Shown here: one piece after another, positions 7,937 to 19,093 of the stretch
How the letters are laid out: each line of letters starts with the position of its first letter
How positions within the stretch are numbered: the first letter of the stretch is position 1
NCBI GenBank assembly: GCA_049325515.1
Contig: JBMOLI010000011.1
Location: forward strand, 25,022 to 89,021
Origin: Actinomycetota bacterium
GTDB lineage: Bacteria > Actinomycetota > Acidimicrobiia > Acidimicrobiales > VFJN01
DNA: 64,000 nucleotides
Direction of reading: 5' to 3'
The notes under the pieces: model-generated
Databases searched by the model: none
What the model saw: only the letters and a program-made list of their open reading frames with translations
Told to the model about the DNA's origin: nothing
Program-made: the position numbers and the translations under genes

Positions 7937-10084
7937 ATGGAGCTGACCGGCACCTGGCGTGCTGCAGTCGCGGACGAGGATCTGCGCCGTCGATGGCACG
8001 ACGACGACTTCGACGCCGGCGGCTGGGAGGCGATCGAGGTGCCTGGCCACTGGCGCTCGACGCCAGCCTTCGCTGAGACCGACGGCTCCCTGCTGTACCG
8101 GCGGACCTTCGAGGCGGCTGCGCCGGGCGAGGGCCGCCGAGCTTGGCTGACCTTCGACGGCCTCTTCTACCAGGGCGACGCCTGGTTGGACGGCGACTAC
8201 CTCGGCGACACCGAGGGCTACTTCGCCCCCCACACCTTCGAGGTGACAGAGGCGCTGCTCGATCGCCGAGAGCACCACCTGGCGATCGAGGTCACCTGCT
8301 CGCCCCAGCCCGACAAGACGGCCAAGCGCAACATCACCGGGGTGTTCCAGCACTGGGACTGCCACGACCCAGCCTGGAACCCTGGCGGCATCTGGCGGCC
8401 GGTGAGGCTGACCGACACCGGACCGGTCCGCATCGCCCGGCTCAGGGTGCTCTGCCGCGAGGCCACGAGCGAGCGCGCCGTGGTCGTGCTGCGCGCCACG
8501 CTCGACAGCGACGGTGCACGAACCGTTGCGCTGCGCACGACGCTGGGAGCCCTCGACCACGAGGCCGACCAGCCACTGGCCGACGGCTCCAACGAGGTGG
8601 AGTGGACCGTCACCGTCGACAAGCCCGCGCTCTGGTGGCCGCGCGCCCTCGGCGACCCGGTGCTCCACGACCTCGAGGTCAGCGTCGTGCTCGACCCGTC
8701 GGAAGGCGCTGGCGTCTCTGACGTTCGCCGGCTGCGCACCGGCCTGAGGCAGGTCCGCATGCGCTCCTGGATCATGTCGGTCAACGGTGAGCGCCTGTTC
8801 CTCAAGGGCTCCAACCAAGGGCCGACGCGTCTGGCGCTGGCTGAGGCCACGCCGGAGGAGCTCGCCGGCGATGTCGCGCTCGCACTCGACGCGGGCTTGG
8901 ACATGCTGCGCATCCACGCCCACATCACGCGCCCTGAGATGTACGACGCGGCGGATGAGCGGGGCCTGCTCCTCTGGCAGGACTTCCCGCTTCAGTGGGG
9001 CTACGCGCGCGGCATCCGCAAGCAGGCAGTGCGCCAGGCCGCCCAGGCCGTCGACGTTCTGGGCCATCATCCGTCGATCGCCATCTGGTGCGGCCACAAC
9101 GAGCCGATGGCGATCGAGAACGACGCCTCCATGTGGAGCAGCCCTCGGGCTGTTCGCAAGATGGCACTTAAGGCTCTCGCCGCCCAGGAGCTGCCCACCT
9201 GGAACAAGACGGTGCTCGACCACTCGATCAAGCGCTCCTTCGAGAAGGGCGACGGCACGCGCCCGGTCGTTGCGCACTCGGGCGTGCTGCCGCACCCGCC
9301 CATGCTCGACGGCACGGACAGCCACCTCTACTTCGGCTGGTACCACGGAGAGGAGCGCGACCTCCCCGGCTTCCTCAGGGCGATGCCGCGGATGGCACGC
9401 TTCGTCACGGAGTTCGGCGCGCAGGCGGTGCCCACGAACGCGGAGTTCTGCGACCCGGAGAAGTGGCCCGAGCTCGACTGGGAACGGCTCGGCGAGCACC
9501 ACTCGCTCCAGAAGGCGATCTTCGACCGCTATGTGCCGCCCTCCTCGCACGCCACGTTCGAGGAGTGGCAGCAGGCCACGCAGGAGTACCAGGCGACAGT
9601 CGTCCGTCGTCAGGTGGAGGCGCTGAGACGGATCAAGTACCGACCGACCGGTGGGTTCGCCCAGTTCTGCTTCGCGGACGGGCAGCCCGCGATCACCTGG
9701 TCGGTGCTCGGTCACGACCGCGCTCCGAAGCTCGCCTACGAGGCCCTTCAGGCGGCGTGCGCGCCTGTGATCGTCGTGGCGGATCGCTTGCCGGAGACCG
9801 TGGCTCCAGGCGATCCAGTCGAGCTGGACGTTCACGTGGTCAGCGACCTCAGGACGCCGATCGCCGGCGCCGAGGTGCAGGCGACCCTCGCGTGGGACGG
9901 CGGTGCAACATCCTGGCGGTGGGTTGGAGACATCGCCGCCGACACCTGTGAGCGCGTGGGCATGGTTCGAGCCGTCGTGCCGGACGTGCGCGGCGAGCTG
10001 GCCCTCGACCTGCGCTGCGAGGTCCCCGGCGGCAGCGGCGCTCCGATCCTCAACCGCTACGTCAGCACGATCGATCGCGGCTGA
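7937..10084 (+). CDS. glycoside hydrolase family 2 protein (beta-mannosidase/beta-galactosidase-like)
   Basis: Contains the GH2-style sugar-binding N-terminus (GWEAIEVPGHW), the acid/base context WCGHNEPM, the nucleophile context FVTEFGAQAVP and WQDFPLQWGY. The 730-aa antisense ORF has no motifs. Confidence 0.8.
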   Translation: MELTGTWRAAVADEDLRRRWHDDDFDAGGWEAIEVPGHWRSTPAFAETDGSLLYRRTFEAAAPGEGRRAWLTFDGLFYQGDAWLDGDYLGDTEGYFAPHTFEVTEALLDRREHHLAIEVTCSPQPDKTAKRNITGVFQHWDCHDPAWNPGGIWRPVRLTDTGPVRIARLRVLCREATSERAVVVLRATLDSDGARTVALRTTLGALDHEADQPLADGSNEVEWTVTVDKPALWWPRALGDPVLHDLEVSVVLDPSEGAGVSDVRRLRTGLRQVRMRSWIMSVNGERLFLKGSNQGPTRLALAEATPEELAGDVALALDAGLDMLRIHAHITRPEMYDAADERGLLLWQDFPLQWGYARGIRKQAVRQAAQAVDVLGHHPSIAIWCGHNEPMAIENDASMWSSPRAVRKMALKALAAQELPTWNKTVLDHSIKRSFEKGDGTRPVVAHSGVLPHPPMLDGTDSHLYFGWYHGEERDLPGFLRAMPRMARFVTEFGAQAVPTNAEFCDPEKWPELDWERLGEHHSLQKAIFDRYVPPSSHATFEEWQQATQEYQATVVRRQVEALRRIKYRPTGGFAQFCFADGQPAITWSVLGHDRAPKLAYEALQAACAPVIVVADRLPETVAPGDPVELDVHVVSDLRTPIAGAEVQATLAWDGGATSWRWVGDIAADTCERVGMVRAVVPDVRGELALDLRCEVPGGSGAPILNRYVSTIDRG

Positions 10085-10191
10085 CGCGGCCGCGAGCGCC
10101 TCGGCGACCACGCGTGTTTTCAGGGCCTCTCGGGGCTGGGACTAGCGTCCCGATCAGAACGGTTGAACAGGTCGCGGAGGCTTATCGAGCG

Positions 10192-11003
10192 ATGACGACG
10201 ACGATGGAACGGCCCGGAGCCTCGCCCGTGCACCCAAGGCCCCGGCGCCGCGGCCCGTGGCCCGTCGAGTTCTACCGCTCGGCCGTCGGCAAGAAGTGGG
10301 TCATGGCCCTCACGGGGATCATGTTGATGGGCTTCGTGTTCATCCACGCCGCGGGGAACCTGAAGGTGTACTTCGGCGCCGAGGACTTCAACCACTACGG
10401 CGAATGGCTGCGCGAGCTGCTCGTGCCGTTCTTTCCCCGCACCGTGCTCCTGTGGCTCATGCGCGGCGGGCTCATCGTCGCTTTCGCGTTGCACATCCAC
10501 TCCGCCTACGGGCTGACGCGGATGAACCACCGGGCCAACGGCCCCGGCTACCAGCAGAGCCGTGACTGGCAGGCCGCCAACGCGGCAAGCCGCTCGATGC
10601 GGTGGACGGGCGTCGTCGTCGGCCTCTTCATCGTCTTCCACCTGGCCGACCTGACCTGGGGCACGGTCAACCCGGACTTCGTGCGGGGCGACGTGTACCG
10701 CAACTTCGTCGCCACCTTCAGCCGTCCACCCGTGGCTGTCATCTACATCATTGCCAACGTCGCCCTCGGCCTGCACCTGTTCCACGGCGCATGGTCGATG
10801 TTCCAGAGCCTGGGCCTCAACAACCCGCGCTGGAACTCCTGGCGGCGCGGCTTCGCAACCGGCTTCGCCGCCCTGATCACCGCGATGAACATCATGTTCC
10901 CGATCTCGGTCATGACCGGCCTGGTGAGCGCCGACGACAACCCAGACTGCGTGAAGTCCGGCGACGTGATCGTGAGCTGCACCGAGTACGAGGAGGCACA
11001 TCC

Positions 11004-11007
<4 letters not shown>
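10192..11007 (+). CDS. sdhC: succinate dehydrogenase cytochrome b558 subunit
   Basis: [36 protein letters not shown] and five predicted TM helices with conserved His, located upstream of sdhA. ATG 10192 has GGAGG at 10176-10180. The ORF-track start 10114 is the alternative. Confidence 0.8.
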
Positions 11008-12923
<1,916 letters not shown>

Positions 12924-12936
12924 AGGTCCACCGAAC

Positions 12937-13698
12937 ATGCACGTGAAGCTCCACGTCTGGCGCCAGGCCGGCCCCGATGCCCCCGGCGCGATGGAGACCT
13001 ACGACGCCCCCGACATCAGCGAGGAGATGAGCTTCCTCGAGATGCTCGACGTCGTGAACGAGCGCCTCAACGCAGAGGGCAGGGAGCCCATCGCCTTCGA
13101 GCACGACTGCCGCGAAGGCATCTGTGGCTCGTGCGGGATGATGATCAACGGGCAGGCACACGGCCCTCAGAAGGGCACCGCCACCTGCCAGCTGCACATG
13201 CGCAAGTTCGCTGACGGCGACGAGATCCACATCGAGCCGTGGCGGGCGCGGGCGTTCCCCGTGCTGAAGGACCTCATCGTCGATCGCTCCCCGCTCGATC
13301 GCATCGTCGAGGCGGGCGGCTTCATCACCGCACCCACCGGGTCAGCGCCCGACGCCAACCTCACGCCCGTGCCCAAGGAGGTGGCTGACGCAGCGATGGA
13401 CGCCGCCGCCTGCATCGGCTGCGGAGCCTGCGTCGCCGCCTGCCCGAACAGCGCCGGCCAGCTGTTCACCTCGGCGAAGGTCAGCCATCTGAACCTGCTG
13501 CCTCAAGGCCAGGCCGAGCGGTACCAGCGCGTGGTGGCCATGGTCGACACCATGGAGGACTTCTTCGGGTCGTGCACCAACCACGGCGAGTGCCAGGAGG
13601 CGTGTCCGAAGGAGATCTCGATCGACTTCATCGCCTACATGAACCGCGACTACGTCAAGGCGCAGGTGCAGAACCGCAAGCTCCTCGGCCAACGCTGA
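12937..13698 (+). CDS. sdhB: succinate dehydrogenase iron-sulfur subunit
   Basis: Three Cys clusters: [23 protein letters not shown] and [12 protein letters not shown]. Confidence 0.95.
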   Translation: MHVKLHVWRQAGPDAPGAMETYDAPDISEEMSFLEMLDVVNERLNAEGREPIAFEHDCREGICGSCGMMINGQAHGPQKGTATCQLHMRKFADGDEIHIEPWRARAFPVLKDLIVDRSPLDRIVEAGGFITAPTGSAPDANLTPVPKEVADAAMDAAACIGCGACVAACPNSAGQLFTSAKVSHLNLLPQGQAERYQRVVAMVDTMEDFFGSCTNHGECQEACPKEISIDFIAYMNRDYVKAQVQNRKLLGQR

Positions 13699-13704
13699 CG
13701 ACGT

Positions 13705-14439
13705 CTAGAGGTTGCCGTCGGGGTGGCGTGCCTCTTCTACGAGGTCACCGAGCCCGGGCTCGAGGAGGTCGTGAGCGACGTCTGCCACGATCGAGTGGCG
13801 CCGCTCTCGCCGGGAGCGGATCAGCTCGACGGCGATGGGCGCCAGAGAGATGGCGACGATGGTGAGGATCGCCAGCTCGAGGTTCTGCTCGATGACGTCG
13901 ACCTGACCGAGGAAGTAGCCGAGCAGGGTCACACCGAAGGCCCAGAGCGTGCCGCCGATCACGTTGAAGGTGACGAAGGTGCGGTACTGCATGCGGCTCA
14001 CACCCGCGGTGATCGGCGTGAACGTGCGCACGATGGGCACGAAGCGAGCCAGGACGATGGCCTTGGGGCCGTGCTTGTCGAAGAACGCTTGCGCCTTGTC
14101 GACGTTCTCTGACTTGAAGAGGCGTGAATCGGGTCGCTTGAACAGCGCTGGACCGACGCGCTGGCCGAACACGTAGCCCACCTGGTCGCCCGCGACTGCA
14201 GCCACCCAGGTGCCGAGCAGGAGCGGCAGGAGCGGAAGGTGCAGCTCGTCCGCCACGCTCGATGGCGAAGACGCAAGGAAACCAGCCGTGAAGAGCAGCG
14301 AGTCGCCTGGAAGGAAGAACCCGATGAGCAGGCCAGACTCGGCGAACACGATCAAGAAGATGCCGAGCAGCCCGAAGGTCTCGATCAGCCGCTCCGAGTC
14401 GAGGAAGTCGGGCAGCAGGGCGAGCACTGACGCGAGCAC
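13705..14439 (-). CDS. DedA family (VTT domain) membrane protein
   Basis: FAESGLLIGFFLPGDSLLFTAGF and ARFVPIVRTFTPITAG are DedA hallmarks. Multiple TM helices are predicted. Confidence 0.85.
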   Translation of the reverse strand: MLASVLALLPDFLDSERLIETFGLLGIFLIVFAESGLLIGFFLPGDSLLFTAGFLASSPSSVADELHLPLLPLLLGTWVAAVAGDQVGYVFGQRVGPALFKRPDSRLFKSENVDKAQAFFDKHGPKAIVLARFVPIVRTFTPITAGVSRMQYRTFVTFNVIGGTLWAFGVTLLGYFLGQVDVIEQNLELAILTIVAISLAPIAVELIRSRRERRHSIVADVAHDLLEPGLGDLVEEARHPDGNL

Positions 14440-14544
14440 CGGGCGAGGGTACAGAGTCGGGAGCCGCCGGTCAGATCATCCCGAGGGCGGGCTGGACGCG
14501 CGAGTGCCGATTCGCCCGATTGGGGTCGGGCACCAACATCAAGG

Positions 14545-15474
14545 TCAGCCCTGGGGCTGGTTCCACTCCGTCCAGCCGACGCCGCGCCGACCGTCTGCGG
14601 CCTCGAACCGGCACAGCGCCCGCGGAAAGCGCGAGACCCGGCGCGCCGTGCCGTCGTCGTCCACGAGGTTCACGGGCGAGAAGGCGACCGGTTCGATGGC
14701 CATGTCGAGCTCACCGCACACGAGGTGGCCCGAGGTGGGCAGGCCCTCGGCGTCGAGCTCCTCGTCGGCCGCGCAGACGTCGATCTGCCGGACGGCCTCG
14801 CCGGGGGACATCACGTAGCCGGGCGCGAACGCGTCCATGCCCGGCACTCGAACCCGCGTGGTGTGGAAGCGCGTGCCGTCCTCCAGCCAGCCGGCCGTCC
14901 ACACCCACCCGAACGTCCACCAGTCGCGCACGCCCCAGGAGTGATCGCGCTGGCCGATGCCGTCCAGCTCGATCCGCTCATCGCCGACGAGGATCTCGCC
15001 GTGGACGTTGCACGACACCTCGTAGCGGGTGGTGCCGATCCACGGATAGACGCCCTCACCATCGGTCTCCCACTCGAGGTCGAGGCCGAAGGGCACCCGA
15101 TCGCCTCGCAGGTCGCCGTACACCTCGGCTGGATCGTCGACCGACACGGCGAAGGCCTCGCATCCCAGGGTCATGTGCTCGTAGGGAGTCTCGACGGTGT
15201 GATCCGCCCACAGACCATCTGCGCGGATCTCCAGCGATGGCGCGGTCGGGAGCTTCACCTCGTGGTCGATGACTGTCACCAGCGGCCGGCCCTCGCCTAC
15301 CACGCAGGCCCAGTACCAGGCGGTGCCCAGGTTGGGATAGAGACCGAGGCGGACGTAGCCGCCCAAGGAGCCGTCGCGGGCGGCGAAGTCGAAGTACCAC
15401 GACTCCCCCCATAGCCGCTCCTCGCCAGGCGTGTGCGCCTGCTCGTCGTCACGCGTCAGGACGAGATCGCTCAC
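14545..15474 (-). CDS. hypothetical protein (possibly CrtC/AttH-like beta-barrel; family call tentative)
   Basis: High-GC3 309-codon frame containing GESWYFDF ... GQRDHSWGVRDWW. GTG 15474 overlaps the upstream stop (GTGA). I only vaguely associate these motifs with hydroxyneurosporene-synthase/AttH-like folds. Confidence 0.7.
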   Translation of the reverse strand: MSDLVLTRDDEQAHTPGEERLWGESWYFDFAARDGSLGGYVRLGLYPNLGTAWYWACVVGEGRPLVTVIDHEVKLPTAPSLEIRADGLWADHTVETPYEHMTLGCEAFAVSVDDPAEVYGDLRGDRVPFGLDLEWETDGEGVYPWIGTTRYEVSCNVHGEILVGDERIELDGIGQRDHSWGVRDWWTFGWVWTAGWLEDGTRFHTTRVRVPGMDAFAPGYVMSPGEAVRQIDVCAADEELDAEGLPTSGHLVCGELDMAIEPVAFSPVNLVDDDGTARRVSRFPRALCRFEAADGRRGVGWTEWNQPQG

Positions 15475-16610
15475 GCGGCACCCTCCGGGTAGAGGTCGTA
15501 GTAGGGCACGTCGTCTGGGATGCCGGCGTTCTCGCCCTGCATCGCAGACATCAGCTCGTACAGCGGTGCGGGCAGATCCCGGGGCACCGTCCAGTCCAGC
15601 TCGTCCGCCATCCCGGCGATCTTCGCGAACGGCCGCAGGAAGCTGAAGTACACGTAGGCCCCGGCGCGGATCTTCTCGTCACGCGTCATCGCAGCGATGT
15701 TGCGGTAGTGCTGAGCCTGGGCCGACCGGACAGCTGCGACGATGCCGTCGTACTCCTCGGCCGGCACGAGGCGCGTCTCGCCGGGCGGGAGGCCGTCAGT
15801 GGTGTAGAGGGCGAACCCGATGAGCCGGTCGAGGTAGTCCTCGGGAGTGTGGTTCGAGGTGCCGAAGTCCGTGAACGTGCTCTCGACGCCATCGAGCACC
15901 AGCGCGGCGGTGAGGTTGTGGTACGGCACCCCGGCCGCAACGGCCGACCAGGGGAAGTCACCGTGGGCTAGCCGATAGAAGTCGCGCACGAGCAGCGAAC
16001 ACCCTGGCCGGCCGGGCACCGGGTACGGACCCGTGTCGCCATACCCGGCCCGCGTGTCGAAGTAGAGCAGGAACAGGTGGTTGACGAGCGTGGCGTTGAA
16101 GCGCTTGACAGCGGAGCGGTGGTCGGCGTCCTCGATCGGCGCAACGCCGTCCAGCAGGGCCGCGATCGTGACGTCGTCGTAGATGAGCGAGGTGCCCGTG
16201 TCCCAGGCCTGACGTGTGCCGTCGCCTCGGTAGGCCAGAGCGGCTCGCTCCCAGAACCCGAGCACCTCAGCCGTGCGGGCGGGGTCGTCCGCCGCCGGAT
16301 CGACCATTGCCATGACCTTGCGGCCCAACAGGTAGAAGTTGGCGATCGACCACAGGTAGCAGGGGTCGACCTGACAGCCCGGTCTGCGAGCTCGCCGGCC
16401 GATCTCCTCGGCGGGCATGGCCGCATCGATCTCCCGCATCATCTCCGGATAGCGGAGGAACGACTCGGCGCAGGCGACCACGATGTAGGCGGTGACGGGG
16501 ATGAGGGCGCTCTCGAGCGAGGTGCGCTCCTGGGTCAGCGCCTTCGAGATGGGGTCGTGGTACGCGATCAGCCGGTTGGCCGTCGCCAGGGCTGACTCCT
16601 CCTCAGCCAC
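15471..16610 (-). CDS. hypothetical protein, no family recognised
   Basis: Long G/C-third-position frame. GTG 16610 (VAEEESALATANRLIAYHDPISK...) overlaps the stop of the upstream swivel-domain gene by 8 nt (GTGGCTGA), and the stop overlaps the next start. No nucleotide-binding or catalytic motif recognised by eye. Confidence 0.65.
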   Translation of the reverse strand: MAEEESALATANRLIAYHDPISKALTQERTSLESALIPVTAYIVVACAESFLRYPEMMREIDAAMPAEEIGRRARRPGCQVDPCYLWSIANFYLLGRKVMAMVDPAADDPARTAEVLGFWERAALAYRGDGTRQAWDTGTSLIYDDVTIAALLDGVAPIEDADHRSAVKRFNATLVNHLFLLYFDTRAGYGDTGPYPVPGRPGCSLLVRDFYRLAHGDFPWSAVAAGVPYHNLTAALVLDGVESTFTDFGTSNHTPEDYLDRLIGFALYTTDGLPPGETRLVPAEEYDGIVAAVRSAQAQHYRNIAAMTRDEKIRAGAYVYFSFLRPFAKIAGMADELDWTVPRDLPAPLYELMSAMQGENAGIPDDVPYYDLYPEGAA

Positions 16611-16947
16611 GGACGACGCCCTCGGAGCCACTGCAGTCGAGCTCGACCTCGGCTCCATCGTCGGGCTCGCCTTCCGTGAACGCGCACGACATCACGCAGG
16701 GCACCTGGAACTCGCGACTGACGATCCCGATGTGGCTGCGCACGGTGCCGCTGGTGCAGATGATCGCAGTGAGCTCGTGGTAGATCGGCGCCAGGAACGT
16801 GGCGCCCGCGTCGCGCACGAGAGCGACCACTCCGTCTGCTCCGCTGTCCATCAGCGTGAGGACGTCGTCGGGGCCCTCCATCGGCGTGAACCTCCCCCGC
16901 ACCGGTCCGTGGTCGAACACCTTGGCTCCCCGTCCGATCTCTCGCAT
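16603..16947 (-). CDS. stand-alone PEP-utilising-enzyme mobile ('swivel') phosphohistidine domain protein
   Basis: The 114-aa protein contains AIICTSGTVRSHIGIVSREFQVPCV. This is a divergent match to the PEP-utiliser phosphohistidine signature G-G-x-T-S-H-A-A-I-V-A-R-E-x-G-I-P. Confidence 0.75.
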   Translation of the reverse strand: MREIGRGAKVFDHGPVRGRFTPMEGPDDVLTLMDSGADGVVALVRDAGATFLAPIYHELTAIICTSGTVRSHIGIVSREFQVPCVMSCAFTEGEPDDGAEVELDCSGSEGVVRG

Positions 16948-16986
16948 GCGGGAGGAACCTAGTGGTCTAGCGCCGCGTGTGATGCC

Positions 16987-17520
16987 TCATCGTGCGCGGT
17001 CGCGGAAGGCCCGCACCTTGCTTCGGTTGCCGCAAACGTCCATCGAGCACCAGCGCTTGGAGTGGTTCCGCGAGGCGTCGTAGAAGGCCCACAGGCAGTC
17101 GCCCGCCGGGCAGATCTTGAGACGGTCCCAGGTGCCCGTGATCCGAGCAGTCGTGACCGCAGCCGCGATCTGAGCGAGGCCTCCCCGCACTCCTCCGTCG
17201 CAGGCTGCCAGGCCCTCTGGAGCGCTGACCGCACGAAGCGGTAGCTCGGCGAACACGACGTCGAGCTCGCGCAGAGCACTGGAGTCAGGCGGACCGTGGC
17301 CCTCTATGGCTGCGCGAAGCGCTGTTCGAAGGCGCCTCGCCAGCTGGAGGTCGCGCGCGCTAGGGCGTGCTCCCGGCTCCGCTAGGCCGGCCTCTGAGAG
17401 CCACTCGGCCAAGCCCTTCGCTGTCGTCAGCTGATCAGCCCCCGACTCGACTTCGATCGTGTTCACGAAGCTGCGAACGAGAGCGACGTCGGCTGGTGCT
17501 TCGAGATTGGCGGTCATCAT
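16987..17520 (-). CDS. CGNR zinc-finger (ABATE + zf-CGNR) putative regulator
   Basis: C-terminus LKICPAGDCLWAFYDASRNHSKRWCSMDVCGNRSKVRAFRDR contains the eponymous CGNR motif and four Cys. Confidence 0.85.
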   Translation of the reverse strand: MMTANLEAPADVALVRSFVNTIEVESGADQLTTAKGLAEWLSEAGLAEPGARPSARDLQLARRLRTALRAAIEGHGPPDSSALRELDVVFAELPLRAVSAPEGLAACDGGVRGGLAQIAAAVTTARITGTWDRLKICPAGDCLWAFYDASRNHSKRWCSMDVCGNRSKVRAFRDRAR

Positions 17521-17535
17521 GCGCTCCTCGTCACG

Positions 17536-17610
17536 AAACCACTGTACCGATTACGCCGGTGTTTGATACCCTAAACCTGCTAATCAAGTTTGATGGTTAC
17601 GAGCCGACAT
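17536..17610. promoter_or_regulatory. AT-richer divergent promoter/operator region
   Basis: A locally low-GC stretch (ccactgtaccgattacgccggtgtttgataccctaaacctgctaatcaagtttgatggttacgag) lies between the CGNR operon start (17520) and the + strand genes. GTTTGAT occurs twice (17561-17567 and 17588-17594). No confident -35/-10 pair assigned. Confidence 0.25.
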
Positions 17611-17623
17611 GAGAGGAGCGAAC

Positions 17624-17761
17624 ATGGAGAGCTCGATGTGGCTGGCGAGGGAGCGCATGGTGGAGGCACGTCAGCGAGCAGATCAAGAGCGCCTGGCCCG
17701 CGGCGCTCGGAGCAGGGACCATGGCCGGCCGCTGCTGCGTCGCATCCTGGGGCTCAGGTGA
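17624..17761 (+). CDS. possible small protein (45 aa), hypothetical
   Basis: ATG 17624 sits 5 nt after GAGGAG (17613-17618). Translation is MESSMWLARERMVEARQRADQERLARGARSRDHGRPLLRRILGLR with the stop at 17759-17761. It is below the ORF-track size cutoff. Only weak support. Confidence 0.25.
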   Translation: MESSMWLARERMVEARQRADQERLARGARSRDHGRPLLRRILGLR

Positions 17762-17807
17762 GCGGCCACGACCGCTGGTCAGACACGGCGCTTGTAGCGT
17801 CCGCCGT

Positions 17808-18185
17808 GTGGCGCTGTTCCTGACCCCTGAGTGGATCAAGGAGCTCGACGCCGCCGCGCGCCTGGTGCAGGTGCCCGGCGACATCGAGCTGACGGTGCAA
17901 CAGGTGGTGGAGGCAGGGGCCGGATCGACCGTCGAGTACGCGATCCGGATCGCCGGTGGAAGCATGTCAGTGCTCGGGGGGCGCGCCCAGGACGCCGACG
18001 TCACGATCGCCCAGGACAGGACGACCGCCGAGCAGATCGCGCGGGGCGAGCTGTCCGCGCAGACCGCGTTCATGGAGGGGCGTCTGAGGATCGGGGGTGA
18101 TCTGCGCAGCGCGGTGGATCGCGCGCTGGGGCTGGCCCGCCTCGAAGACGTGTTCGAGTCGGTGCGTCACAGCACCACCTGGTGA
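17808..18185 (+). CDS. SCP2 sterol-binding domain protein
   Basis: FLTPEWIKELDAA ... TAEQIARGELSAQTAFMEGRLRIGGDL is the typical SCP2 C-terminal pattern. GTG 17808 chosen; the ORF-track start is 17721. Confidence 0.7.
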   Translation: MALFLTPEWIKELDAAARLVQVPGDIELTVQQVVEAGAGSTVEYAIRIAGGSMSVLGGRAQDADVTIAQDRTTAEQIARGELSAQTAFMEGRLRIGGDLRSAVDRALGLARLEDVFESVRHSTTW

Positions 18186-18230
18186 GTCCTAGGTCGCGCT
18201 GGTCAGGCGAGAACCGGTACCGTCGAGGAG

Positions 18231-19067
18231 TTGCCCGAGCTCCCCGAGATCCACGCCCACGCCGAGCGACTCGACGCGATGTTGGCTGGCGCCACCCTTG
18301 AGCGCTTCACACCGCTCGCGTTCACGGTGCTGAAGACAGCGTCGCCCGAGCCGTCGACGGCCCACGGGCATGAGCTGATCTTCGTCGGCCACCGGGGCAA
18401 GCACCTGCTGCTCGACTTCGGGGTCGCGACCTTCGTGGTGCACCTCATGCAGGGTGGGCGACTCAAGCCCGACTCGAAGCAAGCGGCCAAGCCGCGCTTC
18501 GGGCAAGCTCGCTGGACCTTCACCGACGGCCAAGCCCTGCTGCTCACCGAGGCCGGTTCGGAGCGCAAGGCCGGGGTGTGGGTGGTCGCCGGCGACCCTG
18601 AGGAGCAACCTCCGCTGGCCGGACTCGGGCCCGACCCCGACGAAGTCGACGTGAGCTCGCTGGCCGACCTGCTCGCACAACACCCGATGCGCCTGCACGG
18701 CTTCCTTCGCGACCAGCACATCATCGCTGGCCTGGGGCGTCGGTTGGCCAACGAGGTGTGCCATCGAGCCCTGCTGTCGCCCTTCGCCAACACGGCAATG
18801 CTCGATCGCGACGACGTGAAGCGACTCAGCGAGGCCATCCTCGTCTGCGTGAACGAGGGCCTCGCGTTCGAGCGAGGTCTCGACGAGATGAGCTCCTCGG
18901 CCGACCGTCCGGGTCACGTGCACCATCGAGTCGGCGAAGAGTGCGGATCGTGCGGTGACACCATCCGGGCCGTCGAGTACGCGCACTACACGGTTGCCTA
19001 CTGCCCGACCTGTCAGACAAAGGGCAAGATCCTGGCCGACAACACCACGAGCAAGTTCCTCAAGTAG
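18231..19067 (+). CDS. Fpg/Nei family DNA glycosylase/AP lyase
   Basis: The N-terminal (M)PELPEI has the catalytic Pro2/Glu3, which forces the TTG 18231 start. Also present are an H2TH region and the C-terminal zinc finger CGSCGDTI...YCPTCQ. Confidence 0.85.
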   Translation: MPELPEIHAHAERLDAMLAGATLERFTPLAFTVLKTASPEPSTAHGHELIFVGHRGKHLLLDFGVATFVVHLMQGGRLKPDSKQAAKPRFGQARWTFTDGQALLLTEAGSERKAGVWVVAGDPEEQPPLAGLGPDPDEVDVSSLADLLAQHPMRLHGFLRDQHIIAGLGRRLANEVCHRALLSPFANTAMLDRDDVKRLSEAILVCVNEGLAFERGLDEMSSSADRPGHVHHRVGEECGSCGDTIRAVEYAHYTVAYCPTCQTKGKILADNTTSKFLK

Positions 19068-19087
19068 CCAGCCGCAGAGCAGCTGGC
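19067..19087. terminator. short hairpin between convergent fpg/nei and mdh
   Basis: GCCAGC (19067-19072) pairs with GCTGGC (19082-19087) around a 9-nt loop. It fills the 26-nt convergent gap. No U-tract. Confidence 0.25.
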
Positions 19088-19093
19088 ACGGCA

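Noticed and set aside
7919-10111. 730-aa ORF antisense to the GH2 gene
   Set aside because: No recognisable motifs and an Arg/Ala/Gly/Pro-rich composition typical of shadow frames in high-GC DNA. The plus-strand frame carries the GH2 catalytic motifs.
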